Assembly (NCBI RefSeq): GCF_017876815.1
Contig: NZ_JAGIOS010000001.1
Location: 2,340,001-2,372,000, forward strand
Direction: 5' to 3'
DNA from: Sinorhizobium meliloti
GTDB taxonomy: Bacteria > Pseudomonadota > Alphaproteobacteria > Rhizobiales > Rhizobiaceae
DNA length: 32,000 nucleotides
A program made the position numbers and the translations under genes. This document shows, piece after piece, positions 23,902 to 31,846 of the stretch. Under the pieces are notes generated by a model. It worked only from the letters and a program-made list of their open reading frames with translations, was not told where the DNA came from and made no database searches. Every line of letters begins with the position of its first letter. Positions within the stretch are counted from its first letter, which is position 1.

Positions 23902-24127
23902 ACGAGCACAGAAATCGGCCCGCTTTCACCGAGCCGCGAAAATCCAACCCTTTGTTTTGCCAACGTTCAAGTGCAGCCGTCAGCCCGATCGTGAACTTGT
24001 TTTGCGGAAGGGCAACGACCCGGGCAACAGGGACTGTTCCCTTGGCGATGACGACTTCTTCGCCCGCCTTCGCCGCCTCGATAAGTTTGGACAGGTTCGT
24101 TTTGGGGTTACGGATGGTAACCTGCAT
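23873..24127 (-). CDS. Phd/YefM-family antitoxin-like ORF with no adjacent toxin; its last 9 codons and stop come from the IS terminus
   Basis: The N-terminus MQVTIRNPKTNLSKLIEAAKAGEEVVIAKGTVPVARVVALPQNKFTIGL matches the Phd/YefM antitoxin signature. The remainder is atypical. The reading frame crosses the IS boundary at 23901/23902, so ...LQIPRQSAP* is IS-encoded. Confidence 0.5.
   Translation of the reverse strand: MQVTIRNPKTNLSKLIEAAKAGEEVVIAKGTVPVARVVALPQNKFTIGLTAALERWQNKGLDFRGSVKAGRFLCSLQIPRQSAP
23902..23908. repeat. Target-site duplication ACGAGCA (right copy)
   Basis: This 7-mer follows the IS end ...CGGAATTTGCA and is identical to 21345-21351. Confidence 0.7.
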
Positions 24128-24191
24128 AGGAACCTCAATCAGCTAACCGGCCTACACATAGAGCATTTTTCGCCCGGGAATCCAGCCTCAC

Positions 24192-24230
24192 TGCCTTCGA
24201 AGGCACCTAGCCTTTGAAGCTGCGCAGCTT
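24192..24230. promoter_or_regulatory. Two perfect 14-bp palindromes (TGCCTTCGAAGGCA 24192-24205; AAGCTGCGCAGCTT 24217-24230)
   Basis: Read directly in the 122-bp spacer between the DUF423 stop and the Phd-like ATG. They could be operator sites for the antitoxin-like protein or weak hairpins ending the glbO-DUF423 transcript. Confidence 0.35.
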
Positions 24231-24249
24231 TCCGAAAATACCCTACGTC

Positions 24250-24624
24250 TCACGCGTCCTCATCACGCTTCCGAGGCAGGAATGCCCCGATCGCGACGGC
24301 AAGCCAGCCGGCCATCATCGTCAGGCCCCCGAGCGGCGCTGACATTGGAAAGAGGCCGTGGCCCGAGAAATGGCGCATGGTAAGGTCTCCGGCGAAGAGT
24401 GCCGTGCCTGCCGCCAGCAGCAAGGCAGCGAGGGCGGCGGTGCGGAAGTGCGCGCATCCGGCATGAAGCGCGACCAGCGCCGGTGCGTGGGCGAGGCACA
24501 TGGCCGATGCGCCGCCGAGAAGACGCGGATCGCCATGCGAAGCGGCGGCGGCACTCGCGACGCCGAAGAGGCCCATGAGGCCGGCGACGAAAAGCATGGT
24601 CGAGCGCAGTCCGCTGTTCGGCAT
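24250..24624 (-). CDS. DUF423 (YgdD/TMEM256-like) small membrane protein
   Basis: In frame with ORF 24250..25071. The ATG at 24624 (MPNSGLRSTMLFVAGLMGLFGV...) lies 5 nt after the glbO stop, with AAGGAA inside the glbO 3' end. The protein is 124 aa with four hydrophobic segments and a DUF423-like GxxLFxGxLY-type region (TALFAGDLTMRHF). Confidence 0.75.
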   Translation of the reverse strand: MPNSGLRSTMLFVAGLMGLFGVASAAAASHGDPRLLGGASAMCLAHAPALVALHAGCAHFRTAALAALLLAAGTALFAGDLTMRHFSGHGLFPMSAPLGGLTMMAGWLAVAIGAFLPRKRDEDA

Positions 24625-24629
24625 CCAAG

Positions 24630-25022
24630 CTATTCCTTGTTCTGCATATGATGGGCGAGCCGGGTGATCGGCTCCAGAATGATCTCCCTCAGCTTCGGGT
24701 GGGAGACGGTTTCTTCGAGTGCGCGGGTGAAGCAGAAAAGCCATTCGTCGCGCTCGGCAGGCCCGATCCCGGCAATGAAGTGCCGGCGGCGCAGCATGGG
24801 ATGGCCGCGTTTCTGCACATAGATCGGCGGTCCCCCGAGCCAGCCGGTCAGATATTCGTAGAACTTCTCCTCGCTGCCGGTCAGGTCCGGCGGGTGGACC
24901 GCGCGGCAGCGCGCAGCCTCCGGCAGGCTGTCCATCAGTTCGTAGAAGCGCTGCGTCAGAGCACGCACGGTGGCATCGCCACCGATCGCCTCGTAAAGCG
25001 TCGTCGTTTGCGGTTCCGTCAT
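24630..25022 (-). CDS. glbO: Group II truncated hemoglobin (trHbO)
   Basis: In frame with ORF 24630..25082. The ATG at 25022 follows GAGGA. The 130-aa protein has LYEAIGG...RFYELM...WLGGPPIYVQKRGHPMLRRRHFIAGIGPAERDEWLFC, which matches the GHP.LR.RH...RD.WL.C pattern I recall from M. tuberculosis GlbO. Confidence 0.85.
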   Translation of the reverse strand: MTEPQTTTLYEAIGGDATVRALTQRFYELMDSLPEAARCRAVHPPDLTGSEEKFYEYLTGWLGGPPIYVQKRGHPMLRRRHFIAGIGPAERDEWLFCFTRALEETVSHPKLREIILEPITRLAHHMQNKE

Positions 25023-25149
25023 GGTCACAATCCTCGCCGGGATTGGTACAGCGCTCGACCCGGGCGGGCAATGGCTCGCCATTCCTTCGCTTGCGGCTTT
25101 TCGGCGCGGCAGACCTGCACGTTAGGAGGAGGCGTGGAAAACGTGTCGC

Positions 25150-25554
25150 CTATCGCTCAAGCCAGTTTTCCAGACTAAGGCCACGAACGCGGCTGAACTC
25201 ACGGATATTGTCCGTCACCAGCGTCAGGTCCAGCGCATATGCATGCGCGGCAATCAACAGATCGTTGGAGCCGATGGTCTGCCCCAGAGACTCCAATTCC
25301 GCACGAATGCTGCCATATCGGGTGTCGGCCGGAATATCCAATGGCAGCACCGGGACGATTTCCAGCAAGCTTTCGACCTTGGCGAGCAACTTCGCCGATC
25401 CCTTTTTTGCGCAACCATACCGCAACTCGGACGCGACGACGATGCTGGTGTAAATCTCCTTCGGGCCGATCCGTTCGATGCGTTGCGCAGCCGGTCCGAA
25501 CGGATTGTGAATGACGTCGCTGATGATGTTCGTATCGAGAAGATAGCCGTTCAA
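25150..25554 (-). CDS. vapC: VapC toxin (PIN-domain ribonuclease)
   Basis: 134 aa with PIN acidic residues in YLLDTNIISD, VASELRYG, SNDLLIAAHA and LVTDNIREF. It overlaps vapB by 4 nt. Confidence 0.9.
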   Translation of the reverse strand: MNGYLLDTNIISDVIHNPFGPAAQRIERIGPKEIYTSIVVASELRYGCAKKGSAKLLAKVESLLEIVPVLPLDIPADTRYGSIRAELESLGQTIGSNDLLIAAHAYALDLTLVTDNIREFSRVRGLSLENWLER

Positions 25555-25823
25555 AAGATTTTCTCCGGCCGGGCGGGTATATCCTCAACATCCGGGAACC
25601 GGTCTTCAGGTCCGAGGGGAGCTTCCTTCTTCCACTCCGCGAGAAGCTCCACGATATCGGCTGGCCTGGCTATCGGTTCGATAATGAGTCTCGTTCCTTC
25701 GCGACGGATCAACACACGGTCTCCAGGCAACTCGAACTCCGCAGGAATACGGACTGCCTGGCTGCGGTTATTGCGGAACAGCTTTACTTCTTTAGGTCGC
25801 GATGACGGCAACGGGACGGGCAT
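25551..25823 (-). CDS. vapB: VapB antitoxin (AbrB/SpoVT/MazE-type DNA-binding domain)
   Basis: 90 aa with SD AAGGAGA. KLFRNNRSQAVRIPAEFELPGDRVLIRREGTRLIIEP is the swapped-hairpin AbrB-like motif. Confidence 0.88.
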   Translation of the reverse strand: MPVPLPSSRPKEVKLFRNNRSQAVRIPAEFELPGDRVLIRREGTRLIIEPIARPADIVELLAEWKKEAPLGPEDRFPDVEDIPARPEKIF

Positions 25824-25838
25824 GGCATTCGTCTCCTT

Positions 25839-25862
25839 TGTATATGCCTAAATGTATATGCC
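25839..25862. promoter_or_regulatory. Direct repeats TGTATATGCC x2 (25839-25848, 25853-25862): candidate VapBC operator/promoter
   Basis: Two identical 10-mers lie 14 bp apart (start to start), 16-39 nt upstream of the vapB ATG, in an AT-rich patch. Confidence 0.45.
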
Positions 25863-25925
25863 GAACCATGTCAGATCAAGTATGATCTGCCTCGGCGCGA
25901 CAAACATCGCCCTGAAGAAAGTGAC

Positions 25926-25950
25926 TTGACAAACCGTCCAGACGGTATGT
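25926..25950 (+). promoter_or_regulatory. tetR-SMR promoter candidate (TTGACA 25926-25931) overlapped by the inverted repeat ACAAACCGTC-ca-GACGGTATGT (25929-25950)
   Basis: The inverted repeat matches at 9 of 10 positions. It lies 10 nt upstream of the tetR ATG at 25960, and no SD is visible. This is a typical TetR autoregulatory layout. Confidence 0.5.
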
Positions 25951-25959
25951 TTATGGGCC

Positions 25960-26520
25960 ATGACAAGCGCCCCCTCCAGGAAGAAGCAACCGCAACGCGT
26001 CCGCCGGCAATTGCTGGAGGTTGCGGCACGCCTGTCGCTGGAGCAGGGCGTCGCCGCGGTGACCCTCGACGCCGTATCGCAGGCGGCGGGTGTCAGCAAA
26101 GGCGGGCTGCTGCACCATTTCCCCAACAAGCTGGCTCTCCTCGACGCCCTCTTCGATGACCTCGTCGCGCGTTTCGACAGCGCCCTCGACGAAGCGATGG
26201 CTGGAGATGACGTCGAGAAGGGACGCTTTACGCGGGCCTATCTCGGCGTCTGTTTCGCGCTCGACGCGGAGGCGGAGGCGCAAGGCTGGCAGATGCTGAC
26301 CATTGCGCTCCTGGCCGAGCCGCATCTCAAGGAGCGTTGGCGCGAATGGGTGGCGCGCCGGTCCGCGCAATTCGCCGCGACGGACAGTTCGCCAAGTTGC
26401 CTGCTCGCCCGCTTCGCCGCCGATGGTGTCTGGCTGTCGGATCTGATGCGCAGCCATGACATCGAAGCACCGACCCGGGCGATCCTGCTTCAGAAGCTCA
26501 ACGCGCTTTCGCTGGAATAG
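25960..26520 (+). CDS. TetR-family transcriptional repressor
   Basis: 186 aa with the N-terminal HTH VTLDAVSQAAGVSKGGLLHHFPNKLALL. Confidence 0.9.
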   Translation: MTSAPSRKKQPQRVRRQLLEVAARLSLEQGVAAVTLDAVSQAAGVSKGGLLHHFPNKLALLDALFDDLVARFDSALDEAMAGDDVEKGRFTRAYLGVCFALDAEAEAQGWQMLTIALLAEPHLKERWREWVARRSAQFAATDSSPSCLLARFAADGVWLSDLMRSHDIEAPTRAILLQKLNALSLE

Positions 26521-26567
26521 AGGGCCAGACCGGTGCCGCTTTCCCATACTTCGATCGGAGACGTTCC

Positions 26568-26909
26568 TTGAATCCCGCCACGCTTTACACCGTTCTGGTG
26601 ATCGCCATCGTCTTCGAAGTGCTCGGCACTTCCGCCATGCAGGCGGCGCAGCACTTCACGCGGCTGACCCCCACCGTGCTCATGGTTTTGTGTTACGCAG
26701 TCGCCTTCTTCTTCCTCTCCTATGCGCTGCGCTACATCCCGGTCGGCATCGCCTATGCGCTCTGGAGCGGCCTCGGGATCGTGCTGATCTCGATCGCCGG
26801 CTACGTGGTTTTCGGTCAGAAGCTCGATCTGCCGGCCATTCTCGGGCTGGCGCTCATCATCGCCGGCGTGCTCGTACTCAACCTCTTCTCGAAGTCCACG
26901 TTCCATTGA
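26568..26909 (+). CDS. Small multidrug resistance (SMR, EmrE/QacE-like) efflux protein
   Basis: 113 aa with four TM segments and the conserved membrane Glu in IVFEVLGTSAM. The start is a TTG at 26568, preceded by GGAGA; the N-terminal MNP... is typical of the family. Confidence 0.88.
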   Translation: MNPATLYTVLVIAIVFEVLGTSAMQAAQHFTRLTPTVLMVLCYAVAFFFLSYALRYIPVGIAYALWSGLGIVLISIAGYVVFGQKLDLPAILGLALIIAGVLVLNLFSKSTFH

Positions 26910-27043
26910 GCGCGTGAAGATCGCGGCCGGCTTCCTGCAAGTTTTCGCTACAGCCTATCCACTGAAATTCCCGGATATTCATTGAAATGCGCGATCCGTT
27001 TCAATAGCATCGCGCTTCGTCTCCGTCCGGACGCGAGGTGGCG

Positions 27044-28144
27044 ATGTCCCATCCCGATCCCCTTGATATAACGAAGGAAAATTTGGGAATGCAGGCGGTT
27101 TTCGACGGCCATAACGATGTGCTTTTGCGCCTTTGGCAACATGCACGCGGCGGTGCCGACCCAGTGGCGGAGTTTTCGGAGGGGACCGACAAGGGCCATA
27201 TCGATGCGGCGCGCGCCAAGGCAGGCGGTCTCGCAGGCGGCCTCTGTGCGATTTACGTCCCATCCGGCGATCTGGTGCTCAAGACGCCGGATGAGAATGG
27301 CCATTACGCGACGGCCATGGCGGCGCCGCTCGACCACTTGCCTTCGCTCGCGACCGCCATGGAGCTTGCCGACATCGCGTTCAAGCTCGACCGCGCCGGC
27401 GCCTGGCGGCTTTGCCGCTCGGTTGAAGAGATACGTGCGGCGATGGCCGACGAGGTGTTTGCCGCCGTCCTGCATATGGAGGGCTGCGAGGCTATCGGGC
27501 CCGACCTCGCGGCGCTCGAGACCTTCCATGCCGCCGGACTTCGCTCGCTCGGCCCCGTATGGAGCCGTCACAACGTATTCGGCCATGGCGTTCCCTTCGC
27601 CTATCCGATGTCGCCCGATACGGGGCCCGGCCTTACCGAAGCCGGCTTCGAACTCGTGCGCGCCTGCAACCGGCTCGGCATTCTGATCGACCTCGCGCAC
27701 ATCACGGAAAAGGGTTTCTGGGACGTGGCGAGGACGACCGACCAGCCGCTCGTCGCCAGCCACTCCAATGTTCATGCGCTGACGCCAGTCGCCCGCAACC
27801 TGACCGACAGGCAGCTCGACGCCATCCGCGAGAGCCGCGGGCTCGTCGGCCTCAACTATGCGACGACGATGCTGCGCCCCGATGGGCAGGAGAACGCGGC
27901 GACGCCGCTTTCCGACATGGTCCGCCACGTCGACTATCTGGTCGAGCGTATGGGTATCGACTGCGTGGCGCTCGGATCCGATTTCGACGGCGCAACCATC
28001 CCCGAGGAAATCGCCGACGCGGCGGGAAATCAGAAGCTCGTTGCCGCGCTGGAAGACGCCGGATATGGTGACGCCGAACTGGCAAAAATATGCCGGGAGA
28101 ACTGGCTGAGAGTTCTGGGTCAGGCGTGGCACGAGCCTGCCTGA
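27044..28144 (+). CDS. Membrane (renal)-dipeptidase family M19 dipeptidase
   Basis: In frame with ORF 27038..28144. The ATG at 27044 follows GAGGTG (alternative start 27089). Motifs: FDGHNDVL, HSNVHALTPVARNLTD, LGSDFDG. Confidence 0.88.
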   Translation: MSHPDPLDITKENLGMQAVFDGHNDVLLRLWQHARGGADPVAEFSEGTDKGHIDAARAKAGGLAGGLCAIYVPSGDLVLKTPDENGHYATAMAAPLDHLPSLATAMELADIAFKLDRAGAWRLCRSVEEIRAAMADEVFAAVLHMEGCEAIGPDLAALETFHAAGLRSLGPVWSRHNVFGHGVPFAYPMSPDTGPGLTEAGFELVRACNRLGILIDLAHITEKGFWDVARTTDQPLVASHSNVHALTPVARNLTDRQLDAIRESRGLVGLNYATTMLRPDGQENAATPLSDMVRHVDYLVERMGIDCVALGSDFDGATIPEEIADAAGNQKLVAALEDAGYGDAELAKICRENWLRVLGQAWHEPA

Positions 28145-28191
28145 TCATCATGAAGAAAAGCCCGAGAAGGGTTAAAAGAGGGAAGCGCAAC

Positions 28192-29832
28192 ATGATGCAT
28201 AAGCTCAACGGACGTTTTCGAGTTCTTGCCGCCTCGGCGGCACTCGCCATGGCGATGGGTGCGGCCCAGCCGGCCTTCGCGGAAACGCCGAAGGATACGC
28301 TGGTCGAGGGCTTCGCGTTCGACGACATCATCACCATGGATCCGGGCGAAGCTTTCGAGCTCTCGACCGCCGAGATGACCAGCAATACCTACAGCCTGCT
28401 CGTCCGGCTCGATCTCAACGACACGTCCAAGGTCGTCGGCGATCTCGCCGAAAGCTGGACGGTCTCCGATGACGGCCTGACCTATACGTTCAAGCTCAAA
28501 TCCGGCATGAAATTCGCCTCCGGCAATCCGATCACCGCCGAGGACGTCGCCTATTCGTTCGAACGCGCCGTCAAGCTCGACAAGAGCCCGGCCTTCATTC
28601 TCACGCAGTTCGGCCTCACCGGCGACAATGTCACGGAAAAGGCGAAGGCCGCCGACGCGGAGACCTTCGTCTTCACGGTCGACCAGCCCTATGCGCCGAG
28701 CTTCGTGTTGAACTGTCTGACGGCGACGGTTGCTTCGGTCGTGGACAAGAAGCTCGTGCTCGAGCACGTGAAATCCGTGACGCCGAGCGACGAGTACAAA
28801 TACGACAACGATTTCGGCAATGAATGGCTGAAGACCGGTTATGCCGGGTCTGGCCCGTTCAAGCTGCGCGAATGGCGCGCAAACGAGGTCGTGGTGCTGG
28901 AGCGGAACGAAAACTTCTACGGCGAACCGGCGAAACTCGCCCGCGTCATCTACCGCCACATGAAGGAGAGCTCGGGCCAGCGGCTCGCGCTCGAAGCCGG
29001 CGACATCGATGTGGCGCGAAACCTCGAACCCGGCGATTACGAGGCTGTCGGCAAGAATGCCGATCTGGCGACGGCGAGCGCTCCGAAGGGGACGGTCTAC
29101 TATATCAGTCTCAATCAGAAGAACGAGACGCTGGCAAAACCCGAGGTACAGCAGGCGTTCAAGTATCTGGTCGACTATGACGCGATCGGCGCGACGCTGA
29201 TCAAGGGCATCGGCGAGATCCACCAGAGCTTCCTGCCGAAGGGCGTGCTCGGTGCTCTCAACGAGAACCCCTACACCTTCGACGTCGCCAAGGCGAAGGA
29301 ACTGCTGGCGAAGGCCGGCTATCCCGACGGCTTCACGGTCACGATGGACGTGCGCAACACCCAGCCGGTGACCGGCGTTGCCGAATCCTTCCAGCAGACG
29401 CTGGCGCAGGCGGGCGTGAAGCTCGAAATCATTCCGGGTGACGGCAAGCAGACGCTGACCAAGTACCGCGCGCGCAACCACGATATGTATATCGGCCAGT
29501 GGGGCATGGATTATTTCGATCCGCACTCGAATGCCGATACATTCACCAACAATCCGGACAATTCCGACGAAGGCACGAACAAGACGCTTGCATGGCGCAA
29601 CGCCTGGGACGTTCCGGAACTCAGCAAGAAGACCAAGGACGCGCTCCTCGAACGCGACAGCGCCAAGCGCGCCGATATCTACAAGGAGCTGCAGAAGACG
29701 GTTCTGGAGAATAGTCCGTTCGTCTTCATCTTCCAGCAGACGGAGGTCGCCGGGCTTCGCGGCAACCTCCAGGGCTTCAAGCTCGGACCGAGCTTCGACA
29801 CCAACTACGTCTGGAACGTATCCAAGGAATAG
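28192..29832 (+). CDS. Peptide/nickel ABC transporter substrate-binding protein (family 5, DppA/OppA-like)
   Basis: In frame with ORF 28090..29832. The ATG at 28192 follows AGAGGGAAG (alternative start 28150). Signal peptide: MMHKLNGRFRVLAASAALAMAMGAAQPAFA. About 546 aa. I recall this locus as dppA2 in S. meliloti, unverified. Confidence 0.88.
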   Translation: MMHKLNGRFRVLAASAALAMAMGAAQPAFAETPKDTLVEGFAFDDIITMDPGEAFELSTAEMTSNTYSLLVRLDLNDTSKVVGDLAESWTVSDDGLTYTFKLKSGMKFASGNPITAEDVAYSFERAVKLDKSPAFILTQFGLTGDNVTEKAKAADAETFVFTVDQPYAPSFVLNCLTATVASVVDKKLVLEHVKSVTPSDEYKYDNDFGNEWLKTGYAGSGPFKLREWRANEVVVLERNENFYGEPAKLARVIYRHMKESSGQRLALEAGDIDVARNLEPGDYEAVGKNADLATASAPKGTVYYISLNQKNETLAKPEVQQAFKYLVDYDAIGATLIKGIGEIHQSFLPKGVLGALNENPYTFDVAKAKELLAKAGYPDGFTVTMDVRNTQPVTGVAESFQQTLAQAGVKLEIIPGDGKQTLTKYRARNHDMYIGQWGMDYFDPHSNADTFTNNPDNSDEGTNKTLAWRNAWDVPELSKKTKDALLERDSAKRADIYKELQKTVLENSPFVFIFQQTEVAGLRGNLQGFKLGPSFDTNYVWNVSKE

Positions 29833-29855
29833 TCGAAAGGACCGTTCCCTTGAGC

Positions 29856-30917
29856 ATGAGCGGAATTGAACCCATGAGCGGGCGCCGGCGCGCCCGTTCC
29901 CGGAAGGCGTTTGTCGCGGTACTGCAGTTTCTCGTCGTCGTGGCAACCACCTATCTCGGCCTTCTCGCCGTCACCTTCTTCATCGGCCGCGTCATCCCGA
30001 TCGATCCGGTGCTTGCCGTTCTCGGCGATCGGGCGCCGAATCACGTCGTGGAACGCACGCGCGAGGCGATGGGGCTCAACCTGCCGCTTTACCAGCAGTT
30101 CTTCATCTACTGCCGGCAAGCATTCACCGGCGACTTCGGGACTTCGGTGCTGACCACCAATCCGGTCATGGCGGATATCCGCCGCGTCTTTCCGGCGACC
30201 ATGGAACTCGCGACGCTCGGAACGCTGATCGGTGCATTCATCGGCGTGCCGCTCGGCGTTCTCGCCGCCGTCAAGCGCGGCAGCATCGCCGACCAGGTGG
30301 TTCGCGTGATCGGCCTCGTCGGCTATTCCGTGCCGATCTTCTGGCTGGCACTGCTCGCGCTGCTCGTCTTCTATGCGCGGCTGCAATGGGTCGCCTATCC
30401 CGGCCGCATCGATATCGTCTACGAATACAGCTTCACGCCGGTTACCGGTTTCTACCTCCTGGACTCGGCCTGGCAGGGTCAATGGGATGTCTTCCGCGAC
30501 GTCTTCCGGCACATCATCCTGCCGGCTTCGCTGCTCGGCTATTTCTCGCTCGCCTATATCAGCCGCATGACCCGCAGCTTCATGCTGAACGAGCTGCAGC
30601 AGGAATATATCGTTGCGGCGCGCGCCAAGGGGCTTTCTGAGGCGCGGATCATATGGACGCACGCGCTGCGCAATGCGGCGGTGCCGCTGGTGACGGTGAT
30701 CGCGCTCTCCTATGCCGGCCTGCTCGAAGGGTCGGTCCTGACGGAGACCGTATTCGCCTGGCCGGGGCTCGGCCTCTACATCACCAATTCGCTGCAGAAT
30801 GCCGACATGAATGCCGTTCTCGGCGGCACGATCATCATCGGATCGGTCTTCATCGCCATCAATCTCCTGTCCGATCTTCTCTACCGGACGCTTGACCCGA
30901 GGACGGGTGCCCGATGA
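29856..30917 (+). CDS. Peptide ABC transporter permease (DppB/OppB type)
   Basis: In frame with ORF 29850..30917 (ATG 29856 or 29874). Polytopic protein with the EAA-type loop [25 protein letters not shown]. Confidence 0.88.
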   Translation: MSGIEPMSGRRRARSRKAFVAVLQFLVVVATTYLGLLAVTFFIGRVIPIDPVLAVLGDRAPNHVVERTREAMGLNLPLYQQFFIYCRQAFTGDFGTSVLTTNPVMADIRRVFPATMELATLGTLIGAFIGVPLGVLAAVKRGSIADQVVRVIGLVGYSVPIFWLALLALLVFYARLQWVAYPGRIDIVYEYSFTPVTGFYLLDSAWQGQWDVFRDVFRHIILPASLLGYFSLAYISRMTRSFMLNELQQEYIVAARAKGLSEARIIWTHALRNAAVPLVTVIALSYAGLLEGSVLTETVFAWPGLGLYITNSLQNADMNAVLGGTIIIGSVFIAINLLSDLLYRTLDPRTGAR

Positions 30918-31846
30918 GCCTTGCCACCGAAACACGCCCGATGACGCGCCGCGAGTGGCTGCTTTCAGATCGTCCGCAGTCGCGGACCCAGGCTCGGCTC
31001 GGCCGCGCCTATATGACCTGGCGGCGTTTCTCCGCCAACCGGCTTGCGGTGCTCGGCCTTTGCATTCTGCTGGCGCTCGTATTCGTTGCGATCTTTGCCG
31101 ATGCGCTCGCGCCTCACTCTCCGGTCATCGGAAACCTTGCCGGGGCGCGGCTTCTGCCGCCCGGCAGCGAAGGCTACCTGCTCGGCACGGACGACCAGGG
31201 CCGCGACATCCTGTCCCGGCTGATACACGGTTCGCGGCTGACGCTCCTCGTCGTCCTTCTCGTCGCAATCATCGCGGCACCCGTCGGCCTGATCGTCGGC
31301 GCCGTCGCCGGCTATGCCGGCGGATGGGTCGACGCGGTCCTCATGCGCATCACCGACATCTTCCTCGCCTTTCCGAAGCTCGTGCTGGCGCTCGCCTTCG
31401 TCGCGGCGCTTGGCCCGGGGATCGAAAATGCGGTGATCGCAATCGCCATCACCTCCTGGCCGCCCTATGCGCGCATCGCCCGCGCCGAAACGCTGACGGT
31501 GCGCAATTCCGATTACATCGCCGCGGTGCGGTTGATGGGCGCGTCGCCGCTGCGCATCGTCTTCCGCCATGTCATGCCCATGTGCATGTCGTCGCTGATC
31601 GTCCGCGTTACGCTCGACATGGCCGGCATCATCCTGACTGCGGCTGGCCTCGGCTTCCTCGGTCTCGGCGCCCAGCCGCCGCTGCCGGAATGGGGCGCCA
31701 TGATCGCCTCCGGCCGGCGCTTCATCCTCGACCAGTGGTGGGTGGCGACCATGCCCGGCATCGCCATTCTGATCGTCAGCCTCGGCTTCAACCTGCTCGG
31801 CGACGGGCTGCGCGATGCGCTCGATCCGCGGGAGAGCGGCCAATGA
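30914..31846 (+). CDS. Peptide ABC transporter permease (DppC/OppC type)
   Basis: 310 aa. Its ATG overlaps the upstream stop (ATGA). Motif: [23 protein letters not shown]. Confidence 0.9.
   Translation: MSLATETRPMTRREWLLSDRPQSRTQARLGRAYMTWRRFSANRLAVLGLCILLALVFVAIFADALAPHSPVIGNLAGARLLPPGSEGYLLGTDDQGRDILSRLIHGSRLTLLVVLLVAIIAAPVGLIVGAVAGYAGGWVDAVLMRITDIFLAFPKLVLALAFVAALGPGIENAVIAIAITSWPPYARIARAETLTVRNSDYIAAVRLMGASPLRIVFRHVMPMCMSSLIVRVTLDMAGIILTAAGLGFLGLGAQPPLPEWGAMIASGRRFILDQWWVATMPGIAILIVSLGFNLLGDGLRDALDPRESGQ

Noticed and set aside
28120-29946. A 608-aa ORF on the minus strand, the longest ORF in the window.
   Set aside because: It is exactly antisense to the well-supported DppA-like binding-protein gene. 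It has no recognisable domain and a biased R/E/G/A composition, so it is a GC artefact.
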